A stretch of 32,041 bases of DNA from Vicugna vicugna (Eukaryota). Under the pieces are notes generated by a model. That model saw nothing but the letters and a program-made list of their open reading frames with translations. It did not search any database and had not been told where the DNA came from. The stretch is from NCBI GenBank assembly GCA_013265495.1, contig MU057801.1, positions 2,039,879 to 2,071,919 on the forward strand. The letters run 5' to 3'. A program made the translations under genes and the position numbers. Shown one piece after another: positions 10,736-20,191 of the stretch. How positions within the stretch are numbered: the first letter of the stretch is position 1; each line of letters begins with the position of its first letter.

Positions 10736-12366
10736 CTCCATCTTTGTATTTCCACATTTAGTCTATAAAATGGATCAGAAGAGCTTTTGTTCATACCACC
10801 AAGCTATCTGCCGACTCGCAGAGCCAAAACCTCCTGTTGACATAGTTTGACGAGATCACGGGGACAAAAGCAGGCGTCCCACAGCCACCGAGGATCATGG
10901 GGCCTCGGGTCAAGCAGAAGGGAAGGAACCCTAAAGAGTCAGAGACCTGGAAAGAAATATCCTCTAGCACAGGAAACCCCACATCCAAGGGACGTGGAAA
11001 CAGATCAAAAAATGAGAGGAGGATAAAGGAATAAATAAGGTGACTTTTGAAAGTACTGTACAAACGACCCAGTACTCATACAAACGGGACTGGTTTGGGA
11101 AGGCAGCCACAGAGAACACGAGAGGTGTAAATATGTCTTGTCTCTTTGTGGGGTGGAGGGAGGACGGGACTCCTGGAGTCTGCCGGGGTCCAGGCCAGAA
11201 GGCCTCGCAGGACTTCGGAGATGCTGGTGGGACGCCCTGCCTGCTCCGCTCCCCCCTGTCTCGGGACCGCAGCTCTGCTGGTCTTGTCTCCCCTCACTCC
11301 CCCTTCCCACTGACGTCCACTCAAAAGGACCATTTTTAGTCTTCGAAGCATGAAGGTCGGATACAACATTCCCCAATTTGATCTAATCAAAGACAAATCT
11401 CCCCAGATCTGAACTACTGAACACAGCCTACGGCGGACACTCTGTGGGTTCTGGAAACCACACCAGACACACTCCTAAGACAGATTTCTTTTCTAGCTCG
11501 GATCCCTCTTTGGTCCCTTCAGACTTTCCCCTGAAGCTGTTGGACTTACGTCTAAGCTCTGTAACCTTGGCTGGAAAGATTCATGCCCCAAGTAACAGTT
11601 TTCCTTTTTTATACATTTTTTGAGTTGTACTTTTCAAGGAATTCATCTGTCTCCTCTATGCTGTGAAGTTCACCAGCAGAGCTGGCCCATAAGGCTGCCG
11701 GAGGACCCCTCGGGTGTCCATGGGACCCACAGCGTGGCTTCCTCTCTCACTCCTCCTGTAGGAAATCAGAGTCGCCTCTTCTTGATCGATGGGTCCAGCT
11801 GAGACCTCACTGCATACATTTAAAAATCATGTTTAACTCAGACCACCTCTGTCCTTTCTGCTGGCCCTGAAATGCGGGTTGGTCAGTGCCTGGTGAATTC
11901 CAGGACCCGGCGAGGCCGGAGGGAGGAGGGGAGGGCGCGGGCAAGGTCAGAGGCAGGGTCCGGGGAAGGTGGGGAGGCTGATAAGAACGGAGTCCATGAC
12001 TCAGACACTGGGTGGGTGCAGAGCAGGAGTGCAGAGTGGCTCGGGCACACACCCCTTCCGCACTGCTCGCGGCCACGCTTCCTGGTAATGTGTCGTGAAG
12101 CACCGTTTCCGAGCGCGTTTGCCGGGGCTGAGGCGCGGCCCACTTGTGTCCCACGGCTGTACATTAAACTCCCGGGCGTCTCAGGAGCCTTGGACTATAT
12201 ATAGCTCACTTCCCTGTAACAGGAGAAGGAAGAGACGCATGGCTGAGGACTCCAGGGGGCTTTCTGAAAGGGCCGCGTTTTCTAACCTCTTGGTGGAAAC
12301 CTCCGTTTCCACTGAGACGTTTGAATTACGGGTGATCCGAAGTTTCCAGCTTACCACGAAGGCGTG

Positions 12367-12391
12367 GATTGTTAACTAGTTAATAATCAAA
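12367..12391. promoter_or_regulatory. 22-bp quasi-palindrome forming two inverted HNF1-like sites
   Basis: GATTGTTAACTAGTTAATAATC (12367-12388) has one mismatched pair. GTTAATAATCAAA (12379-12391) matches GTTAATNATTAAC at 11 of 13 positions. Confidence 0.5.
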
Positions 12392-12559
12392 ATACACATG
12401 TTATCACTGTGCATGCCGTAGTTTGGTGAACTAGAAAGTATGCCAAACAGCAAGGAAAATTCCAAAAAATGAGTCGTCAATAATAAAAATAAACTGTCAC
12501 AAAAACGTGAGACCAAGCGAAAACTCAGAAAGAGAGAAAACGAAAGCCCGTGTTTCTTT

Positions 12560-14660
12560 TTACCGGGTACGGAGCACACGCCTTGGCCTCGGGTCGGACC
12601 CCTTGCGTACTTCCAGGCATGAGCCGTGATCTTTCGGTCTTAACTCTTCGCGGCAACGATCGCATGGTCGCTTGTGTTACACGGCACAGCCTGGAGTTGC
12701 TGGCAGACCTGCAACGGAGCAGCAGCGGGGCAGGGGCAGGGGCAGTGCGCGCCGCCTTCAGCAGAGCCCTAAGTAGGTAAGAGAGCGCAGCGGGAAGTTG
12801 GCCGGACGCGGTTCTCAGCGAACCCAAGCTGTCCCGGTCACCAGGGCACGTGGAGCAGGGCCCAGCCCTCCGCCCCCGGGGCTGCTGCTCCGGGCTCGGC
12901 CTCTTGCTTTTCAAGAATCCTTTGCTCCTGGTTTTAAAACAGAGTCTGACCTGTCTCGTAATTTGTGGGACGAGCTCCTCAGAGCGATCGACAGCCCGGG
13001 AAGAGACTTGTGTCCAGATTACATACGGCACCTTCAGATCCAGCCCTCACCAAAGAGCACGCCAAACCCGCCGTCAGACACCCCGCGTGCCTGCTTCTCA
13101 CTCCCCCCGGGCCCGGGACCCCTTGGCGAGCTGGCGAAGCCCCAGGCCCTGGCTCCGTCCTGGCAACACCCACACCTGCAAGCGTGAGTGCAGGTCCCTC
13201 TCCAACCCCCCCAGCCCAAGTGTGGACCCCAGTTCAGGACGTCTGCTCCAGGGGAGCGTCTGGATGGCGTCCCCAAGGCGGGGTCCTGAGGGGGACCCTC
13301 CTTCACTAACCAGTCTGGCCTCCCCTGTGTCTGGGGGCAAAGCTACTTCACTTGCTTTACTACATTTTGCCCCCCCATCTCCTCAGAGCCTCCCAAAGGT
13401 TAACATTCACCCGCCGTCTCCCCAGCCTCTTTCCTCCAGCTGGGAAGAGCTGTCTGCGGCCGCGGCCCCCCGCGAGGGCCTGCAGCTTCCTGCCTCCGAG
13501 CAGGAGCCGCGCACACGACTGCGCCTGGAGAAGCACAGTGCAGACGTGCTCAGGGAGCGGGGCGGTGCAGGGCTGGGAGCTAACAATGCCCCGCCGCGCC
13601 CTGTCAAGGACAGGGACGCCGGGCGGAGGCCAGGGGCCGAGGACACCGCCGTCCCCAGAGGCCTCGGGGGAAGGCGGAGCCCCCGCCCTGGGGGCGGATG
13701 CTTCCCGCCAGCCTGGGGGGCTGGGCGCGGCCGGGGCTCTGCCTGCGCCCGACCCCCGGGTGACGGGGCTTGCTGGGGTGCGGGCCAGGCCGGCCAGGGC
13801 GGGGCGCAGCCACACGGTTTCACATGGCCCGGTCTTTGTTTTAAAATCAAATTTAATTTTAAAACTTGTATTTTCCCCCTTGGACCTTCCTCGAGAACTA
13901 TATATATATATAGTTTTTAAAAATATATATATATATATATTTTTTTTTACAGATAATGACTTTTTACAGCTGTTTTGCTCAAAACAGCAGCCAAGCATGG
14001 TCTGCATGTTACATTCAGCTGCCAAGTCTCAGGTCTCTTTTTTAAACTTGAGCTTCAAGTTCACGCGGTTGCGTACACTGAGTTTATTTACATCCATCAC
14101 AAGCACGTCCAGAGCCACGGGATCGCCGCTCGATGAACACGCAGGGCGTCCCCAGCCCCATTCGCCCCTGCGCCCCCCGCCAGCCCGGTAGGGCCCCCAG
14201 CCCGGCTGCTCCCCCTGGGTCCTTGGTTTGCGCTTGGGTTTCACACCTGTTCACACACGCGGGGCGTGCTCTTCCGGGCGCGGCCTCTGGGCTCAGGGTC
14301 GCAGCTGGAGAGGCGCGCTCGCTGCCGGTTTGCCTGCTCCACTCCGCATCTGCTCCGCCCCGCTGGCATGTGCTTTGTCTCTACTGATGTGACTGTCACT
14401 GCTGTGAGTGTCCTGTCTGCATCTGGGCAGCACGAGCTCCCCTCTGTGAGGCGTCTGGATGGCAGACGAGGCATCGTCTTGCTCTTGGAAAGACTCTCCG
14501 ACAATTTTCCAAAGTGCAGGAATTCCCGCCGCCCCGCGGCCTGGAATGCGCTCGCTGTCTGCGTCACCGTAACTCACTCGGACGTGCGGCAGCGTCTCCG
14601 CTGGCCTGTCCTCAACGTTCTCCCGTTGGTCAAGGGTGGCGAGCACCGCCGCCAGCTGTC
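12560..14660. promoter_or_regulatory. Intergenic CpG-island-like region
   Basis: Very dense CpG and GC boxes (GGGGCGG), most at 13450-13830 and 14060-14660; forkhead-like TATTTAC near 14086; interrupted by an AT island. Confidence 0.55.
13836..13950. repeat. AT-rich island with (TA)n tracts and inverted repeats
   Basis: GTTTTAAAAT-N8-ATTTTAAAAC (13838-13865); (TA)n-GTTTTTAAAAA-(TA)n-T run (13896-13948). Confidence 0.85.
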
Positions 14661-14963
14661 TGGAGCTCTTATTTTGTGAAGCACCTATTGAGGTAGTTCT
14701 GTCCATTTTTTGAAAGTTGGGTTATTTCTACACTATTTTTATATGTTTAACAGGTTTATTTCCCCCAAACGTCACGAGGACCACAGACCATCCCGGCGAA
14801 CGAGACCTGAGCAGGTTAGGAGCAGGCAGTTCGGGGGAAGAATCCAGATAAAACAGCGAAAATACTAAGAATGCTGGTTCCCTGAGTGACGTAGGAAGGA
14901 GATTAAATTGTTGGTCTCTTTCTTCCCAAAGGGAATCTGTTTCTTGGGAACAAGATGACCATT

Positions 14964-14981
14964 AAAAAAAAAAAAAAAAAA
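14964..14981 (+). repeat. Poly(A) run (18 nt)
   Basis: A18 after GACCATT; 14855-14960 weakly resembles an L1ME 3' fragment. Confidence 0.9.
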
Positions 14982-17739
14982 GACTCAGTGACTTACATGA
15001 ACGATGGAAAAACTGATGAGTGCCGGAAATACCAACGTACCAACGGAGAATCACGGACAGGAAATAGACAGAGCTGCCGTTCGGGGAGGAACGTCACGGC
15101 TTTTGTGTGAAACCGCTCCTTGACATACGAAGGTTTGCTCTTCCTAGGCCTTGTTCGGGTTCACGCCAACGTGTACCTGAAACAGCCCTTGCTCACCTGG
15201 GGCTTCTTAAACATGTAGAGACGCCCTCACGGTTCGCTTTAATGATGGCCTTGTGGTGTGTAAATTGCAAGTGATCACTTCCTTTGGTTTTACCGTCTTA
15301 TCAGGCTGACCGGCCACTCCCAGCCTCCCTGCCGCCTCTTTGGGACCGCGCAGCCGAGACTCGTCCTGCTGGGTGTGGAACTTCCCGTCCTGGGGCCTGG
15401 CCTTTCCTGCAGGAAAGTGAGGCCAGCCCTAGGCGAGGCGAGAGGTGCTTGGAGCCGCTGGCATTGCCCACTCACAGAAACGTTCCTGCGGGGCCCTCTG
15501 GGGTGTCCCCCCGAGGCTCTGATGGGCCAGCCCTCTGGGCATCGCGATCACAGCCGGCCCAGGGCAGTGCCAGCCTCAGCGCGTTCCCCTGGAGGCGGTG
15601 TCAGGGGCCTGGCTCAGGGCTGCTAGGGGCTGGACTGGGGAGGGGCCCCTGCCTAGTGGATGGGCTCCAGGCCCCCATTGCCTGGGTGGGCACTGGGGAG
15701 TGGCTTGCAGGGCATGGAAGGAAAAGAAGTGAGTTAAGGAAGGAGAAAGGGCTTAGCACAGGAAGGGGAGTCCCCGGGACAGGCAGTAGCCACGGTGATG
15801 TCGTGGCACCAGGCCCCGGGCCATCGGGGAAGCGGCCTCGCCAGGACGTAGGAGCTGGGGTATGGGGTCCAGGACCGCCTCGCCCGGACTTGCATGATCG
15901 GATCAGAAGGACCCCTGCTGGGCCACCTGAGCCTTGCAAAGAGGTGGAAACTCTCGGCGTCACTCAGCAGCAGGAGAGCCTTCCCTGGGAGGTCCCTCCC
16001 TTGCTCCCCAGATCGACCACGGGGCCACGTGACCCACATCTGCTTCCCGACGGCCCCAAGCACCAGGGCACGAGGTCAGAGCTGCCAGGCAGGGCCAGGC
16101 AGGTGCCGGCCTGTCGAACGCACTGGGATGAGGCGCACCCGGTCCGGGGCTTCACATCAACAAACCGGGAGAACGGTTCTGGCTGGAGCCGATGAGGCAC
16201 TTCGCCTTCTTCTAGATGGATTTTTAAATCTCCCGTCGCTTAATTCATGGGACAGTCCGGCTGGCATGCCCCTGACTGCGGTTTCTCAGCGCTGTGCTCG
16301 TGGGAGTGATTTCACCCATCCTTTTCCTTCTCTGGGGAAACTGCAACGAGAAACAGTGTCTGGAACCTCTGTTGTTTCCAGAGCATGTTCCTCCTTGTTT
16401 TGGCTCACAGACCCCATTGAGCACGGTGGCCAGGTGCTTGTCACGTGGACTCGAGACACACAGGTTCTGGGAGGTCCTGGGAGGGGACCGTGACCACACA
16501 GGTCCTCACTGCAGGCCAAGGTGTGCCCAGGGTCCCTTCACCATCTGCAGCGCAAACCTCCAACACTTGGCCCTCAGGAGCACCTCCCCACAGCGCCCAC
16601 TGCACCTGGGAGCTGGGCCCCGCGCCGCCGGGACCCACCACGGACCAGGCCGGACCTTCCACCAGAGACACAGACGAGGAAGGGGCCCTGGTCCCCTCCC
16701 ACGCAGTCACCAGCCCAACAAGTGGCCCAGTTCTCAGCGGAGCTGGCGCACCCCTTCTGCCCTCCAGTCCCCGGCACGTGCTGGACTTGCAGGACGTGTG
16801 ACTCTGCAGAAGAGGAGATGCCTGGGAGCCTTTCCGGGTCTGTCACCTGCAGAAGGGCAGTGAGGGTGACAGGGGGCCCTGGAGGGACACTGAGGCTCCC
16901 CAGCCTCCCCTGTTTCCAATGGCCCCACAGTATAGGTCAGGAAAGGCTGAGGCCCAGACCCATGGCCACTGGGGACACCCTGGGGCTCAGTCACTTCTCT
17001 CAGGATCTCCCCTGCCCTGGGAGCCCCTCAGCTCAGTGCTGCACTGGGCCGGGGCCTCCTTGGTTCCCAGGCTCCTGGAGCAGAGGGGGCTCCAGCCTCT
17101 TCTCCCCGCCACCCCCGTCACCCACATCCAGCCGTTCCCGCTGGCTGATCAGTCTCCTCTGTGAGGGATGCAGCCTCGGCATGGGTCAGAGTGACAGAGC
17201 GTGACCTGGTGGGACCCTGAGTTAGCCGAGCTCTGGGCTGCAAGCAGAGGCTGCAGGAAACTGAGGGATCAGGCAGGCCTGATGCAAAGGTTGTTCAGGA
17301 GCTGTGGGCGGGGGTGGGGAGGTCCCCACGGCCTGGGACCCGCTGTCATGGGGAGGACAGGGAGGTAGGTGCCTGGGACCCTGAGGGACACCCGTGCTAG
17401 GAGACAGTTCCCCGACAGGGCTGCCACCCTTGGGGAGGAACAGAGACGCGGACAATCTGGGGTGGGAAGGTGGCCCTGGGGGACTGTTCCTGCAGGACAT
17501 TCAACTCTGTGTCTCCATCCATCCAGGTTTTCCTGGAGCCCTGCCGGACCCTTCACTGAGTCCCCCCCACCCCGTGACTCACTAGGGAGGGTCTCAGTGT
17601 CCGCAGTGCAGTATCCTGATGGACACGTTGCGGTCCCATGTTTGGTACATCGTCCAATATGATTCACGCATCAAACCCCGTGGAGTGCTCACCCTGCGCA
17701 GTGCGCACGGGGAGCCTGGAGGGCGCGGGGCGCGGGGCG

Positions 17740-18629
17740 AGTGTCAGAGGCACTGGCAGCCGCCGCCCTGCTCCTCCCACTCTCCCCTACGAGTCAAGTC
17801 TGCTGGGAGAGCATTTCTGCCTGAGGGCTTCTTTTTTTGGCTGCAGGAGATGTGGAGCCTGGATGCAGAGCGAACCCGGAGTGCCGGAAATCCAATATCC
17901 CGGGAAAACAGCCCCAACTAATGGCAGGGGGCCCTGAGGGGGGATACCTGATTCCTCGCCCCCAGGAAGAGGGTCCCCTGATCCTCTTTTTTTACACCCT
18001 CTGCCCGCCTTCCTTGTGGGATGACGCTCACGGTGGTCACCGCTCCGAGGCGCATCCCTGCCGACTCACTACCCTTCCCGGCATCGCTTCCCACCGCCCA
18101 CCCAGGCTCCTTGGGGGTCTCTTCTCAAAAAAACTACTGTAGTGCTGACAAACTGAAATCAGAGTGGTGTGATCACAGTCAGGCCTATGAAAATGGGACG
18201 GGACACGTCCCTGCCCCACGAGGACTTGAATTTCTCTAAGCGCGTCAGACCCAAAGCCACCAGCTGCCAGCTTTGGAGCAGTATTCACCAGATGCAGTTT
18301 TACGGTTTCAAGGTCCCCCCGGTAACTATGCAAGCACTTTGGACCCCAACCGATCTTTGATTAACAAGCACCCTCACTTCTACCAACTCCAATTATAATT
18401 CTTGACAAACAACTTACGTAACTGGCTGTGGCCTTGTGGGATTTTTCCCTTAGAAGCTTTCCCCGTTCTGTCGTCCGATGGAACACACTTCCAGTGCTCC
18501 TTGACTCTGTGGGCTGCAGTCCTCACAAACCCAAGTGAATGCCTCTTAATTGCAGTCATGTCTCCTTTTCTGAAATTTTGGTAAATGGTGCTAACTCCTT
18601 GTCCCAGGTCAGCAACCCACCCTGAGACA
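17740..18629 (+). mobile_element. ERVL LTR16-type solo LTR, split by a nested LTR (pieces ~17740-18137 and ~18588-18629)
   Basis: CTGCCTGAGGGCTTC...GGCTGCAGGAG, CAGCCCCAACTAATG, CCCTTCCCGGCATCGCTTCCCAC...TCTCAAAAAAACTAC; resumes CTCCTTGTCCCAGGTC...AACCCACCCTGAGACA. Confidence 0.6.
18138..18587 (+). mobile_element. ERV1-class (MER34-like) solo LTR nested in the LTR16
   Basis: Starts TGT exactly where LTR16 similarity breaks. 3' part GGAACACACTTCC...CTCTGTGGGCTGCAGTCCTCACAAACCCAAGTGAATGCCTCTT...TTTTGGTAAA resembles MER34/39-group R-U5. CpG-poorer than its flanks. Confidence 0.5.
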
Positions 18630-19444
18630 GGAGGGCACTTACCCACGGCCACCAAGCCAGGGCTGAGTTTCTGTGTCTCCACCCTGCTCTGTAACGTGGC
18701 TCATGGACCCGAGTGTGCGTAACGTGTGGTCCGTTGGCAGGAACTCACGGGTCTGGTGCGTTGGACTTCACAGGGAGGTACGGTCTGCCGGGTGCTTGTC
18801 ATGTTTTGTGCCGCAGAGCTCCGCTGGAGGAGCTGCAGACCCTCGCAGACTCCCGCGGTCGGCAAGGCAGGGACTTAACGAGGAAGAAGTCGACCGTCAG
18901 GAGACTGAGTGGGCGGCACCTCGGTGGAGCCGGAGTGCGGCGGCCACACGGGGGAGACGCTCAGGCGCCACTTAGATTGACCGGGCTAGCTGGACGATGG
19001 GCGGCCAGTGCTCGGGGAATTGGGGGAACAGTTAAAGAAAGAGAAAGAAAAAGAAGACAAAAAGGAAAAATAACCACAAACGCCTAGGTCCTTTCTGACG
19101 CACCGTCCCTGCTGTCGGCGTGCACAGCACGACCGCCTCTGAGCGAGCCAAGCGTCGGGACTGGCGGTGACTTCCCAGCCACGGCCAGGGAGTGGACGGA
19201 GCAGATGTCTGCAAAGACCCTGGGCGGCAGGACCTCAGCTACTTACCGTCTTGAGTCGCTGCTTCTTTGCGTCCTTAAAGCTGGTACCTCTCAGCAACTG
19301 AACCTTGGGTGGGAACTTTGGATTTTCGAGTTTCTGCTAAATCGTGTTGATAGCAGGTGGATTCCACTAGTAAAAACCAGAAGCAATGCCAGCCGCTCCC
19401 CTGTCTTGATCAGGGTGCCGCAACAGAGTAAGTCACTCCTGAGC

Positions 19445-19625
19445 TTTTCTTATTGTGATAAAACACACATAATGTAAAGCTTACCGTCTTGACCACTTCT
19501 CGGTGCCCACATTGTCCTGCCACCATCACCACCGTCCATCTTAGAACCCTCATCATTTCTCAAAACTGAAACTCTGAGTCCACTCAACGATGACCCCTCC
19601 CCTCCCCTCCCCCCAGCCCCGGCAC
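19445..19625 (-). mobile_element. L1MB-type 3' end, antisense
   Basis: TTATTGTGATAAAACACACATAATGTAAAGCTTACCGTCTTGACCA...CCATCACCACCGTCCATC...AAACTGAAACTCTG...CCCCCAGCCCCGGCA. Confidence 0.85.
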
Positions 19626-19649
19626 AGCTGGAATGTCCTGCTGGGCGAG

Positions 19650-20191
19650 TCTGGTGCCCCCTCACCGGCCCCCTGCCTCCTGTCCCTCGTCCTGGCCACT
19701 CATCCCCCTCGGAGAGCCAAGGTGAGTTTTTAAAAGCGTGGGTCCTGTTACTTCCCTACTCCAGACCTTCCGACAACTCCCACACCTGCCAGAATACAGT
19801 CCAAGCCCCTTTATGGAGGCTCCCTCGCCCTGCCCACCCCCGACCTGGTCCCCTGTGGCCGCCCACGCGTTTCAGCCTCAGGGGCCTCAGGCACAGCGCG
19901 GCCGCGTGTAGTGATGCCCTTGCCCCAGCTTGTGCAGAGCAAGCGCCTCCAGGGGGCTCTGATCGCAGGCTCCACTCACCAGAGAGGCGATCTGCGGAGG
20001 CCTCTGCCCAGGCACCGCCGCTGGGCTCCGGTCAGAGTTTCTGGGCAGCTCTTCTCATTCTCTCTCTCTCACGCACACACTTTCCCCCTTTGTTTTTGGT
20101 CCGTCCTGTTCACTGCTTCATCTTCAGTGCTGAGAATACAGTCTGGCCCCGCAGCGAGAGCTCTGTAAATATTTCCGAATGAATAAATGAA
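19650..20191 (+). mobile_element. LINE L2a-type 3' fragment
   Basis: GCCAAGGTGAGTTTTTAAAAG...CAGAATACAGTCCAAGCCCCTT; terminal CTGTTCACTGCT...GCTCTGTAAATATTTCCGAATGAATAAATGAA. Confidence 0.8.

Noticed and set aside
11005..11376. Minus ORF starting 'MGNVVS', like a myristoylated Gag N-terminus
   Set aside because: The start codon is TTG and there are no Gag motifs downstream.
12850..13920. 356-aa ORF, and other long ORFs such as 13352-14191, 15284-16195, 25876-26631 and 30778-31470
   Set aside because: Non-ATG starts, Pro/Gly/Arg/Ala-rich low-information translations, overlapping ORFs in many frames and no recognisable domain; expected from stop-codon scarcity in GC-rich DNA.
13993..14012. 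Tandem CATG cores resembling a p53/p63 element
   Set aside because: Cores are 5 nt apart instead of 6 and the flanks have several mismatches.
14029..14244. Minus ORF ending ...VNLKLKFKKET next to AT-rich, UTR-like sequence
   Set aside because: No recognisable homology, GTG start, and no convincing acceptor or upstream exons.
15013..15070. CTGATGAG...GAAA resembling a hammerhead ribozyme core
   Set aside because: No stem II closed by G-C directly before either GAAA, the base that should be U16.1 is C, and no stem I is evident.
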